Below, in pieces: positions 45,523 to 55,122 of a stretch of DNA of 64,000 nucleotides. The stretch lies in the NCBI GenBank assembly GCA_028284865.1, contig JANQQV010000017.1, positions 261,545 to 325,544 on the forward strand, in the 5' to 3' direction. The notes below the pieces were generated by a model. That model was not told the DNA's origin, searched no databases, and saw nothing but the letters and a program-made list of their open reading frames with translations. Numbering within the stretch: position 1 is the stretch's first letter; every line of letters begins with the position of its first letter. This stretch comes from Rhodothermales bacterium (GTDB lineage Bacteria; Bacteroidota; Rhodothermia; Rhodothermales; UBA10348). A program made the position numbers and the translations under genes.

Positions 45523-46818
45523 ATGAGAGATATCAGTCCAACCGTGATCCGGATCAGGGAGCAGCTCGACCGGATTCCTGACGAGGTGTTCGATCACAGA
45601 GAGACATTGGAATTGTTGGACCTCTCGAACAACCGGCTCTCTGATCTTCCTGCCGAGCTCTCCGAGTGTTCCCGGCTACGAATCCTGTTTCTTTCCAATA
45701 ATCAGTTCTCGTACATCCCGGAGGTGTTGGCTGCGTGTCCGTCACTGGACACGATTGCGTTCAAATCGAATCAGATCAGTGAGCTTGAACCTCACCATCT
45801 TCCCGAACGGCTTCGATGGTTGATGGTGACCAACAATCGGATCTCAACGCTTCATGCTTCTTTCGGGCGCTTCTCCAAGCTCAGAAAGCTTGCGTTTGCC
45901 GGAAACGCACTGGAGTCGATCCCGGAGGAAATTGGCGGATGCCAAAGCTTGGAGTTGGTCCGGTTTTCGTCCAATCGGCTGAAGCGACCGCCCGTTGAGC
46001 TGTTCGATCTGCCCAATCTGGCGTGGATGTCCTTTTCGGGAAACGCCTATCCGGGCGGGTCACCTGATCGTGCCATTGACCGGTTACCGCTCATTGGAGC
46101 CGCCAGCGTGACTCGGGTGAAGCAGATCAGTGCAGGAGCGAGCGGTACACTGTCACTGGCTCGGCTTCAAGGTGGTCAATCGACGCGTGATGTTGCGTTG
46201 AAGGAGTTCTCCGGCGATATAACAAGCGACGGAAATGCGCTGGACGAAGTTGAGCTTCATGCCCGGTGTCTCGGCCATTCCAACATCATCGAACTGCTGG
46301 GACGAACCCGGTCAACGCGAGGCGATCAAGGGTTGTTGATGGAGCTTGTGCCGCCGAGCTATGAGCCGCTGGGACTGCCCCCGTCGCTTGAAACGTGCAC
46401 CCGGGATACATTCTTGGAGGCATCAAAGTTCAGTAGTGCACAGATTGCATCGGTTGGCATTCAGGTCGCCGGTGCCCTTGAGCATTTACTGTCCAACCAC
46501 GTATCCCACGGTGACCTGTATGCGCACAATATCCTGGCATCAGCGACGGGACACCTTTATGTATGTGACTTTGGTGCTGCCTCCGATCTTTCGGTGCTGA
46601 GTAGCGAGGAAAGAGTCCGGGTAGAACACATTGAAACATGTGCTTTCGGCCGTCTCCTTGAAGACATGATTCGCCAGTCTTCCAGAACGGGCGTCGATAC
46701 GGATTCTCGAATTGGCGAACTGGCTGCTGTTTGCACTCACTCGGATGTGGCGGCCCGTCCGCGACTGTCACAAGTCAAGGCAGAAATCGAAAAGCTGATG
46801 GGCGAATTCACTGCGTGA
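45523..46818 (+). CDS. leucine-rich-repeat protein fused to a Ser/Thr-type protein kinase domain (431 aa), cytoplasmic
   Basis: About 8 LRRs are present (LELLDLSNNRLSDLPAEL, LRILFLSNNQFSYIPEVL, LDTIAFKSNQISEL, LRWLMVTNNRISTL, LRKLAFAGNALESIPEEI, LELVRFSSNRLKRPP). Kinase motifs are SAGASGT (G-loop-like), VALKEF (VAIK), HGDLYAHNIL (catalytic loop) and VCDFGAA (DFG). No signal peptide or TM is present. The start is set at the ATG at 45523. Confidence 0.8.
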   Translation: MRDISPTVIRIREQLDRIPDEVFDHRETLELLDLSNNRLSDLPAELSECSRLRILFLSNNQFSYIPEVLAACPSLDTIAFKSNQISELEPHHLPERLRWLMVTNNRISTLHASFGRFSKLRKLAFAGNALESIPEEIGGCQSLELVRFSSNRLKRPPVELFDLPNLAWMSFSGNAYPGGSPDRAIDRLPLIGAASVTRVKQISAGASGTLSLARLQGGQSTRDVALKEFSGDITSDGNALDEVELHARCLGHSNIIELLGRTRSTRGDQGLLMELVPPSYEPLGLPPSLETCTRDTFLEASKFSSAQIASVGIQVAGALEHLLSNHVSHGDLYAHNILASATGHLYVCDFGAASDLSVLSSEERVRVEHIETCAFGRLLEDMIRQSSRTGVDTDSRIGELAAVCTHSDVAARPRLSQVKAEIEKLMGEFTA

Positions 46819-46911
46819 ATCATCAGCGTGTGATCCCACGAGGCGTGAATTCGAAGACCAGCATTTCACAGACCTGATATGTGAAGTGATACGAGTCGCG
46901 CCTTTAAAATC

Positions 46912-46945
46912 ATGCGGCGGGCCGGCATTCGCCGGCCCGCCGCAT
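46912..46945. terminator. GC-rich hairpin between convergent genes (putative bidirectional terminator)
   Basis: ATGCGGCGGGCCGGC, loop ATTC, GCCGGCCCGCCGCAT form a 15-bp perfect stem. The flanking U-tract is weak. Confidence 0.55.
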
Positions 46946-47034
46946 CACTCCCCACCATGCAGACGATTCAGGGAGTTGTGACTGTCACTTCCACATTCGA
47001 CCCGCCATCGTAAGTGGACGTGCTGACAGTCAGT

Positions 47035-48105
47035 TTATCCGTTGACGACTCCGTTCTGTCCGCCGAATCCTGGGCCACCGAATCCACCCGGACGATTCTG
47101 GCCATTTCCGCCCTGACCACCCTTGCCTTTGCGATTCTTCATACGCTGGGACAGGACCTGATGGATCATGGTAATTTCTAACTGAGTGTCATCGAGTATG
47201 CTGGCCATGGCCTCCTGATGAGCAGCACGCTGGGCTTCCACCTCAGCCTGTACCGCGTCTCGGTCAGCACCTGATTCGATCAGTTCGCGAATGGCTTCAC
47301 GCTGTGCTTCCGCTGACTCGCGCAGTTCTTCAAGAGCATTGACCTGGTCGTCGGTGAGACCAAGAACCTCAATCATGACGAGCTTGGCTTCTTCGCGGGC
47401 GACTTCCCGGGCTGCTTCCCGTTCCGCCTGGCGAAGCTCGGCTTCAGCCTTCCATTCTTCGAGTTGCGCCTTCTGTTCGTCCGTCAGTACGCCTTCGATG
47501 CGGGTCTTCACTTCTTCCCGGATGGCATCAAGCTGTTCCTTGATTTCTTCCCGCGTCAGGGTGTCGCGCTGCTCCAGAATGGCTTCAATCTGAGGTTTGA
47601 ATTCTTCCCGGATGGCGGCAATGGCTTCCTGCTGATCATCCGTCAGTTCAAGGCGCTGCAGGGCATTACCCCGCCGACCTTCATTTCCGTTCATGCCGGG
47701 GCCACCCTGTCCTGGGCGTCGTCCCTGGATGCCACCATTTGCTCCGCCACCTCGGCGCCGATTCCCTGCATCTTCAAGGCGTTCGAAGAGGCGTGCTTTC
47801 TGTTCATCTGTAAGCGTGGCCTGCAGCTCAGCTGCAACCCGCCAGAGGAATCCGGGCTCTCGGTCACTGTCTCCATCGAGGTCGCCAAACTTGGCAAACG
47901 AGGCTGAAAGTGCCGCAGATTCCTGAGCATTCAAGCCGAGGTCGGCGGCTAGCAGGGAAACGGTCTCCCCGAGAGAATCTTCAGTGCCGTCAAGTCCACC
48001 CACGGCGCTGGACGAGTCACACGCGGCAAGCGTTGTGAGCATGAGCATCGCCACCACGATTCGGCCCATGAATTGTTTGAGATTGAAGAGGTTGCTGGTA
48101 TTCAT
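47035..48105 (-). CDS. lipoprotein with multiple LTXXQ (Spy/CpxP-like) motifs and Gly-rich segments (356 aa)
   Basis: The start is set at the ATG at 48105, giving MNTSNLFNLKQFMGRIVVAMLMLTTLAAC with the lipobox LAAC. Motifs include LTDEQKARLFERL, LTDDQQEAIAAIRE, LTREEIKEQL, LTDEQKAQLEEW, LTDDQVNALEELRE and LDDTQLEITM. The Gly-rich tail is KGKGGQGGNGQNRPGGFGGPGFGGQNG. Confidence 0.65.
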   Translation of the reverse strand: MNTSNLFNLKQFMGRIVVAMLMLTTLAACDSSSAVGGLDGTEDSLGETVSLLAADLGLNAQESAALSASFAKFGDLDGDSDREPGFLWRVAAELQATLTDEQKARLFERLEDAGNRRRGGGANGGIQGRRPGQGGPGMNGNEGRRGNALQRLELTDDQQEAIAAIREEFKPQIEAILEQRDTLTREEIKEQLDAIREEVKTRIEGVLTDEQKAQLEEWKAEAELRQAEREAAREVAREEAKLVMIEVLGLTDDQVNALEELRESAEAQREAIRELIESGADRDAVQAEVEAQRAAHQEAMASILDDTQLEITMIHQVLSQRMKNRKGKGGQGGNGQNRPGGFGGPGFGGQNGVVNG

Positions 48106-48428
48106 GACGTCAACTCCGTCGTCTAAAATGGTATGTCGGTGAACGTGGGTGTTCATGCTGGACGAAGGCCGTCGTGATGCCAAACGCTTGACACGTTCGG
48201 CTGGGTTCGTCCCGCCGCTGTCTCCACATAAACAACGGAGGATCAGGAGGGCAGTTGTCACAGAAGTGTGGCGACCCTGTGGACAAGTGATGCCGTCAGG
48301 ACTGCGGAGAGAAAAAGCCTTGGTTGGCTCGTCCGCCCTGAGGAGGGGGGCTGCAGAGAGGTATTGCGATCAGGCCAAGAATCCTGCGGTTCCATTCTGG
48401 CAAGAATCGGCGAGGCAATCCGGTGTCC

Positions 48429-49757
48429 TCAGACTGGGCGACCAATGGAAACGTAGTCGAATCCCATCTCTTTCATGCGCTCGGGCTTGTAGAGATTTCT
48501 CCCGTCAAAAATCGCTGGAGTTTTCAGGAGCGAACGTACCTGTTCAAAATCCGGTCTTCTGAACTCGTGCCACTCCGTTGCCACAGCCAGGGCATCTGCC
48601 CCCTCAAGGACTTCGTAAGGCTCCTTTCCGTATTCGATGTCATCACCAAAGACGGCTCGAGTCGTATCCATGGCTTCGGGGTCGAATGCCTGGACCCTCG
48701 CTCCGGCATTGAGGAGGTCCCGGATGATATAGTGCGCAGGTGATTCTCTCACATCGTCAGTTCTCGCCTTGAACGCCAAGCCCCAAACGGCGATGGTCCT
48801 GTTTTCCAGCGACCCACCAAAGTGCTCGATGATGGCTCTTGAAAGCCGATGACGTTGGGAATCGTTCACCTTCAGAACGGCATCGAGAATCCTGAACTCG
48901 TAGTCATTCTGAACAGCAGTTCGATACAAAGCATTAACGTCCTTCGGGAAGCAACTCCCACCAAAGCCCACTCCAGGGTAGAGGAACAGCTTACCGATAC
49001 GAGAATCAGTACCAATGCCGCGCCGCACATGATCGACGTTGGCTCCGACTCGCTCACACAGATTGGCGATCTCGTTGATGAAAGAGATTTTCGTCGCCAA
49101 GAATGAGTTCGCGGCATACTTGGTCATTTCAGAGGATCTTTCGTCCATCACAAGGATCGGGTTGCCTTGTCGAACGAAAGGCTCGTAGATCGACCGCATC
49201 ACCGCTTCGGCTTCGCCGGACGAAGTTCCGATAACAATGCGTTCCGGCTTCATGAAATCGGCGATGGCCACGCCCTCACGGAGGAATTCCGGATTGGACA
49301 CGACATCAAACAACGTCCCGGATTCATGACCCGATTCTTCAATGATGTTCCGAACCCGATCTGCTGTGCCTACAGGAACCGTCGATTTGTTAACGACCAC
49401 ACAATAACTTGATCGTTCGTTTTCAGACCAGATGGTCGCCAGGTCACGGGCGGCTTGCTCGACAAAGGAAAGGTCTGCTTCACCATCGCCTCCAGGAGGA
49501 GTCGGGAGTGCAAAAAAGAGCACTTTGCAGCTCATTGCTGCTTCTTCCAATGCAGTCGTGAAGTGAAGGCGCCCTTCCCTCAAATTCCGCTTCAGAAGCA
49601 TCTCCAGCCCTGTCTCGAAGATAGTTGGAACTCCTTGCGACAACATTTCGACTTTGCGAGGATCGATGTCCACACAGGTCACATCATATCCCATCTCGGC
49701 GAAACACGTACCAGTGACGAGTCCGACATATCCGGTTCCAACGATTCCGATTTTCAT
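48429..49757 (-). CDS. ugd: UDP-glucose 6-dehydrogenase (442 aa)
   Basis: The Rossmann segment is [32 protein letters not shown]. The catalytic Cys context is [10 protein letters not shown]. It overlaps gmd by 4 nt. Confidence 0.9.
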   Translation of the reverse strand: MKIGIVGTGYVGLVTGTCFAEMGYDVTCVDIDPRKVEMLSQGVPTIFETGLEMLLKRNLREGRLHFTTALEEAAMSCKVLFFALPTPPGGDGEADLSFVEQAARDLATIWSENERSSYCVVVNKSTVPVGTADRVRNIIEESGHESGTLFDVVSNPEFLREGVAIADFMKPERIVIGTSSGEAEAVMRSIYEPFVRQGNPILVMDERSSEMTKYAANSFLATKISFINEIANLCERVGANVDHVRRGIGTDSRIGKLFLYPGVGFGGSCFPKDVNALYRTAVQNDYEFRILDAVLKVNDSQRHRLSRAIIEHFGGSLENRTIAVWGLAFKARTDDVRESPAHYIIRDLLNAGARVQAFDPEAMDTTRAVFGDDIEYGKEPYEVLEGADALAVATEWHEFRRPDFEQVRSLLKTPAIFDGRNLYKPERMKEMGFDYVSIGRPV

Positions 49758-50791
49758 CCTTTCAGCTGTTTGATGTCTGATTCCACCATTTCGAGAATCA
49801 TCTGGTCGAGACTGTATTCAGGAGTCCATCCAAGCTCTTCCCTGGCTTTGCGTGGGTCCCCGATCAAGAGATCCACTTCGGTGGGTCGGAAGTAACGAGG
49901 GTCCACAACGACTCGTTCTGCTCCTGTAGCCTTATCCACTCCAACTTCATTCACGCCACTTCCAGACCAGGACAGTTCGATTCCCGCAGCCGAAAACGCA
50001 CTCGAACAAAAGTCTCTTACGGTGTGCGTCTCACCCGTAGCCAGCACATAGTCCGACGGCGTCTCCTGTTGCACCATCATCCACATGCCACGAACGTAGT
50101 CTTTGGCGTGCCCCCAGTCACGTTTTGCGTCAAGATTTCCGAGATACAACGTGTCTTGCAGTCCGCGGCTGATGTGCGCAGCAGCCCTCGTGATTTTCCT
50201 CGTCACGAATGTCTCTCCGCGAATCGGACTTTCGTGATTGAACAGGATTCCATTGCTGGCATGAATCCCATAACCCTCCCGGTAATTCACGGTTATCCAG
50301 TATCCGTACAGCTTCGCCACGCCATACGGGCTTCGAGGATAGAACGGTGTTGATTCGGTCTGAGGGATTTCCTGGACCAGTCCAAACAACTCCGAAGTGG
50401 ATGCTTGGTAGAATCGAGTCTTTTTCTCGAGTCCGAGAATCCGTATCGCTTCAAGAATCCGCAGAACTCCAATGGCGTCAGAATTGGCGGTGTACTCGGG
50501 CGTGTCAAAACTTACTTGAACGTGACTCTGAGCGCCCAGATTGTAGATTTCGTCCGGCTGAACCTCTTGGACAATCCGGATGAGATTGGTCGAATCCGTT
50601 AGATCTCCGTAGTGGAGAAAGAAGTTCTGATTCTCTTCGTGGGGGTCCTGGTACAAATGATCGATACGACCCGTATTGAAAGAGCTGGATCTTCTTTTGA
50701 TGCCATGAACCTTGTAGTTCTTACTCAACAGGAATTCGGCAAGGTATGCGCCGTCTTGTCCTGTAATCCCTGTTATAAGAGCGACTTTCAT
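49754..50791 (-). CDS. gmd: GDP-mannose 4,6-dehydratase (345 aa)
   Basis: Motifs are [55 protein letters not shown] and [19 protein letters not shown]. Confidence 0.95.
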   Translation of the reverse strand: MKVALITGITGQDGAYLAEFLLSKNYKVHGIKRRSSSFNTGRIDHLYQDPHEENQNFFLHYGDLTDSTNLIRIVQEVQPDEIYNLGAQSHVQVSFDTPEYTANSDAIGVLRILEAIRILGLEKKTRFYQASTSELFGLVQEIPQTESTPFYPRSPYGVAKLYGYWITVNYREGYGIHASNGILFNHESPIRGETFVTRKITRAAAHISRGLQDTLYLGNLDAKRDWGHAKDYVRGMWMMVQQETPSDYVLATGETHTVRDFCSSAFSAAGIELSWSGSGVNEVGVDKATGAERVVVDPRYFRPTEVDLLIGDPRKAREELGWTPEYSLDQMILEMVESDIKQLKG

Positions 50792-51053
50792 GCGGCTGTC
50801 CTTTGTGGTGCTTTGCTTGGCTGTATACTGCGCGTTTCGGCTTTCTCGACGCTTTGTTAAGCATTTCTGTGGCTAATATTCAACACAACCGGAATATCAA
50901 CCAATTTGATATCTGCCGCGTCTGACGGAACTCCCGTTGGAAGGGGCAATTGTTTGTTGGGCAACGTGTCATCGGCGAAGACCGCATACAGAGATTTCAC
51001 GCTCTGACGGCTTCATGGTCATGATCGCTGGATCATAAAGCGTATATTTCAGG

Positions 51054-53426
51054 ATGATAAATCAAGAGCAGCAACACGCGTCCGGAACAGCCCTTTCCCG
51101 GGAAAACGATGAGATCTCACTGGGTGATCTCCTCGGCAAGTTGATTGTACACAAATGGTTTCTGCTTGCAGGCTATGTCATCGTACTCAGTGCGATGGCC
51201 TTCTTCACCCACTCGACAGCTCCCAAGTATGAGGCGTCCAGCCTCCTTCTGATCAGTGACCAGAACTCGACTCCTCAGTTGGGTGAGTTGATGGGTCTTC
51301 AATTGGGGAATCGAAACGTAGCAAACGAGATCGAGATCATCAAAAGCCGGACGATCGCGCTGCGGGTTGCGGATTACATTCTCAACACACAGATCATTCC
51401 CGGCACGGATGAACAGTTCACCATGCTGAGAATGGAGGGTCTGGGGCCGCCTCCGACCCAGGCGGACGTTGCTGCCGATCTGATCAGCAGGTACGTTTCG
51501 GTCAGTGCCGTGTCCCGAGAAACCGATTTGATCACGGTCAAGGTCTCGAGCACCGTCCCCCTGGAAGCTGCGTTCATCGCCGACATGTACGCCGATGAAT
51601 ACGTGAACTACAATCTCACCCAGAGTCGTCGTCGGATTTCTGCTAGCCGTGAGTTCTTGGAAGACCAGGCAAATGCGGCAGACAGCGTGGTAGCGAGTGC
51701 GGAAACGAATATCCTGACATATTCGAGGGAACAGGGTGTAGTCGACCCGCAACTCGAGGCCAACACACTATTCGCCCAGATGATGGAGTTGGAGTCGGAG
51801 CTGTATCGGACCGACTTCCAACTGAGGGCAAGCCAATCAGAATTGCGGACGTTGGAAGCCGAGTTGAATCAGATTACCCCGGGGCTTGCCAGGGCACTGA
51901 ACTCCAACGATGACGAAGCCATCCGGGCCATTCGGGAAACTATCACGACACTGCAGATTGAGAACGCGGTCAAGGTCTCGGTCAATCCTGACCTTGTTCA
52001 GGATCCATCGGTTGATCCGACGTACGCAAAGAATCTCCAGACCATCAGGGACCTGACTCAGGACTTGAATTTCCGAACGTCCAATCTGGTCGAGGAAATG
52101 TTCTCGGATGGATCCATCATGCTGGGGCAGAATTCGGAAGCGGCGATGAAGCAGATTTCCGACTTGCAGCTCAGGCTGATTGACAAACGGCTTGAGATAA
52201 GCGGTGCCCAGGCCAAAAAGGACGTGCTTGACCAGCAGAAGCTGCTCTACCAGTCCCAGATTGATGCCATACCCAACAAGGCGGTTCTGTTGGCCCGTTT
52301 TGAGCGAGCCATGAATACGTCAGCTCAGCTGTACACCACCATTTTTGAGAGCCTTCAGGAAGTGCGGATTGCTGAACGATCAGAATTGGGATATGTGGAC
52401 ATCATTGATCGATCGTCTGTGCCCCAGGATCCAGTAAGTCCGAGAATTCCCTTCAATCTGCTGTTCGGAGCCATCCTTGGTACGGTTGTAGGAGTCGGAG
52501 CCGCATTTGGTCGCGCAGGAATGAACAATCGGGTGCTGCGCCCCGAGGACCTGCGAGCCCGTGGATTTGCGGTGCTGGGCATTATCCCGAACATGCGGAG
52601 TTCGGTTGAGAATGACTTTGGCGGCAAGAGTTTTGTTGAGTTCGGTGGCAACCGCACCAGCACATCACTCATTTCGTATTTGAATCCGCTATCGCCGGGC
52701 TCGGAATCCTACCGGAGATTGAGAACGAACGTCGATTTTTCTGCGCCAGACTCAGAAAAGAAGATCGTGCTGATTTCAAGTCCGGAACCAGGGGAAGGCA
52801 AAACGTCCATTTCCCTGAATCTGGGGATTGCGAACGCTCAGCTTGGCCGGAAGACGTTGTATATCGATTCCGATTTGCGTCGTCCACAGGGTCACAAGAT
52901 GTTGGGAGTATCCCGCCAGCCAGGTTTGATCGACTGGATGTTTGATGATTCTCTCCGGGACGTGGAAACCCTCAGGACCTACATCGACGATTTCTACTTG
53001 CTCCCTGTTGGCAAGGCGGCACCCAACCCGTCTGAGTTGCTGGGGTCAAGGCGTATGAAACTGTTGATGGAACGGCTTTCCCGGCAGTTCGATACCATCA
53101 TTCTGGATTCCCCGCCGATCCTGACCGTTTCGGATGCCTTGCAATTGGCTCCGTTCACCGACATGATGATTGTCGTGGCTTCGGCCGGTGAGACGCATTG
53201 GAGCGCGATCGAACGAACCCGTGAGGTATTGAAGGACGCTGGAGTAACGTCGAATGGAGTTGTCCTGAACCGTTTTGACGTCAAGGAAGCCTACGGTGGA
53301 TACGGATACGGATATGGTGGAGGCTACGGCTATGGTTATGGCTATGGCTATGGCTACGGAACAGGATCTGACGGGATATATGCCGATCAGGAGATGCAGC
53401 AAATCCTTATAGACAGAAAACCATGA
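51054..53426 (+). CDS. polysaccharide co-polymerase / tyrosine autokinase (Wzc/GumC-type, 790 aa) with a Gly-Tyr repeat tail
   Basis: It has an N-terminal Wzz-type domain with two TMs and a coiled-coil region. The C-terminal BY-kinase has Walker A SSPEPGEGKTSISLNLG, Walker A' YIDSDLRRP and Walker B IILDSPPIL. The Tyr cluster is GGYGYGYGGGYGYGYGYGYGYG. Confidence 0.88.
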   Translation: MINQEQQHASGTALSRENDEISLGDLLGKLIVHKWFLLAGYVIVLSAMAFFTHSTAPKYEASSLLLISDQNSTPQLGELMGLQLGNRNVANEIEIIKSRTIALRVADYILNTQIIPGTDEQFTMLRMEGLGPPPTQADVAADLISRYVSVSAVSRETDLITVKVSSTVPLEAAFIADMYADEYVNYNLTQSRRRISASREFLEDQANAADSVVASAETNILTYSREQGVVDPQLEANTLFAQMMELESELYRTDFQLRASQSELRTLEAELNQITPGLARALNSNDDEAIRAIRETITTLQIENAVKVSVNPDLVQDPSVDPTYAKNLQTIRDLTQDLNFRTSNLVEEMFSDGSIMLGQNSEAAMKQISDLQLRLIDKRLEISGAQAKKDVLDQQKLLYQSQIDAIPNKAVLLARFERAMNTSAQLYTTIFESLQEVRIAERSELGYVDIIDRSSVPQDPVSPRIPFNLLFGAILGTVVGVGAAFGRAGMNNRVLRPEDLRARGFAVLGIIPNMRSSVENDFGGKSFVEFGGNRTSTSLISYLNPLSPGSESYRRLRTNVDFSAPDSEKKIVLISSPEPGEGKTSISLNLGIANAQLGRKTLYIDSDLRRPQGHKMLGVSRQPGLIDWMFDDSLRDVETLRTYIDDFYLLPVGKAAPNPSELLGSRRMKLLMERLSRQFDTIILDSPPILTVSDALQLAPFTDMMIVVASAGETHWSAIERTREVLKDAGVTSNGVVLNRFDVKEAYGGYGYGYGGGYGYGYGYGYGYGTGSDGIYADQEMQQILIDRKP

Positions 53427-53962
53427 CCGACATGTTTTCACTTTCGAGAACCAGGTTCTCCCAGCTTGCCATGTTGGGTCTCCTGTCCGTTTTGATGGGA
53501 GTTCAGTCCAGCAGTGCACAGATCAGTGAACTGGATCGGTCTCGGCTCAATCAGGCAGCTTTTTACAACTACACTGAACAGGGTGATGTAACCATCAGGG
53601 TTCATGTTTGGGGAGCTGTCCGTTTTCCGGGTCTGTACGAGATTCCAAGAAGTTCTTTATTGAGCGACCTGATTTCTCTGGCCGGAGGGCCTCAGGCTTC
53701 TGAACGGGCTCAGCGGTCCACAAGGCTGGTTCAACTCAAGCTGCACAGACAGGAAGGATCCGGTACGGAAAAGACGGTGGTATTCTCTTCGGCCATGGAA
53801 AATGAAATCATCGTTGCCAACGAGGATCCGATCCTCGCAGACGGAGATGTGCTGACATTTGAGGCCACCATCCGTCAAGGATTCAGATGGCGTGACCTGT
53901 TTCCAATCGTCTCGATGGTGGGAACGATAGTCCTGATTCTAGACAACATCGCCTCCAGTTAG
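53423..53962 (+). CDS. small SLBB-domain polysaccharide-export-like protein with a C-terminal TM (179 aa)
   Basis: It has an ATGA overlap with the Wzc stop and a signal peptide ending SSSAQ. There is one SLBB-like unit (VHVWGAVRFPGLYEIPRSSLLSDLISLAGG ... LADGDVLTF). The terminal TM is LFPIVSMVGTIVLIL. Confidence 0.6.
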   Translation: MTDMFSLSRTRFSQLAMLGLLSVLMGVQSSSAQISELDRSRLNQAAFYNYTEQGDVTIRVHVWGAVRFPGLYEIPRSSLLSDLISLAGGPQASERAQRSTRLVQLKLHRQEGSGTEKTVVFSSAMENEIIVANEDPILADGDVLTFEATIRQGFRWRDLFPIVSMVGTIVLILDNIASS

Positions 53963-53984
53963 GAGCAATCACCTTCAGTCCTGA

Positions 53985-54197
53985 ATGGCTGTGCCGAACG
54001 ATTCCAAATTCAGATCATTGACCAAAGCCATCTCATGGCGGGTGTTGGCCACTATGACAACGGCCATCATCGTTTACGTTGCAACGGGCGAATGGACGAC
54101 GGCTCTTGCAGTTGGGGGAGTAGAGGTGGTTGCGAAATTCCTGCTCTATTACCTGCACGAGCGCCTTTGGAACCACGTTTCATTCGGTGTCAATTAG
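53985..54197 (+). CDS. DUF2061-family small membrane protein (70 aa)
   Basis: [27 protein letters not shown] ... [16 protein letters not shown] matches the remembered DUF2061 pattern. That family is commonly next to cysD/cysN. Confidence 0.6.
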   Translation: MAVPNDSKFRSLTKAISWRVLATMTTAIIVYVATGEWTTALAVGGVEVVAKFLLYYLHERLWNHVSFGVN

Positions 54198-54204
54198 ACC
54201 CATC

Positions 54205-55122
54205 ATGAAGACATCGCTTGAGATCGACAGGACTCATCTACAAAGGATCGAGTCAGAGGCCATTCACATCATCCGGGAAGTTGCTGCCAGCTTCAAGAAT
54301 CCCGTCATGATGTATTCAATCGGGAAGGATTCTTCCGTGATGCTGCACCTGGCACGGAAAGCGTTTTACCCAGCTCCCATTCCGTTTCCCCTGCTGCATG
54401 TCGATACCACCTGGAAGTTCAGGGAGATGGTGGAATTCCGTGATCGGGTTGCGAAAGAGTACGGTCTGGACCTGATCGTACACATCAACGAGGATGGTGT
54501 AAGGGATAACATCAATCCATTCGATCATGGCTCTGCGCACCACACCGATATCATGAAAACGGTGGCGTTGAAACAGGCTCTGGACAAGTATCGCTTCGAT
54601 GCAGCCTTTGGAGGCGCCAGGCGCGACGAAGAGAAATCCCGCGCAAAGGAGAGGATTTTCAGCTTCCGGACGGCGGAACACCAGTGGGACCCTAAAAATC
54701 AACGTCCCGAGCTGTGGAATCTGTACAACACCCGCGTGAATGAAGGCGAGAGTATCCGTGTTTTCCCTTTGTCGAACTGGACGGAGCTGGATATTTGGCA
54801 GTACCTCCAGCAAGAAGAAATCGAAATCGTACCGCTCTATTTCGCCGCGGAGCGACCGGTTGTACGGCGCTTCGGGCAGTGGATCATGGTGGACGATGAC
54901 CGGATCCCGCTCGAAGAAGGAGAAGTGCCCGAAATGAAGACCGTTCGTTTCAGGACGCTGGGCTGCTATCCTCTGACTGCAGCTGTGGAGTCGACGGCAA
55001 CCACGCTGCAGGAAATTGTAGACGAGATGTTCAGCGCACGGACTTCCGAGCGGGAGGGTCGAATCATTGACTTCGACCAGCCTGGATCCATGGAAGCAAA
55101 GAAACGTGAGGGGTACTTCTAG
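54205..55122 (+). CDS. cysD: sulfate adenylyltransferase subunit 2 (305 aa)
   Basis: It has the PAPS-reductase-fold PP-loop [12 protein letters not shown], plus DTTWKFREM and [20 protein letters not shown]. The start is set at the ATG at 54205. Confidence 0.93.
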   Translation: MKTSLEIDRTHLQRIESEAIHIIREVAASFKNPVMMYSIGKDSSVMLHLARKAFYPAPIPFPLLHVDTTWKFREMVEFRDRVAKEYGLDLIVHINEDGVRDNINPFDHGSAHHTDIMKTVALKQALDKYRFDAAFGGARRDEEKSRAKERIFSFRTAEHQWDPKNQRPELWNLYNTRVNEGESIRVFPLSNWTELDIWQYLQQEEIEIVPLYFAAERPVVRRFGQWIMVDDDRIPLEEGEVPEMKTVRFRTLGCYPLTAAVESTATTLQEIVDEMFSARTSEREGRIIDFDQPGSMEAKKREGYF

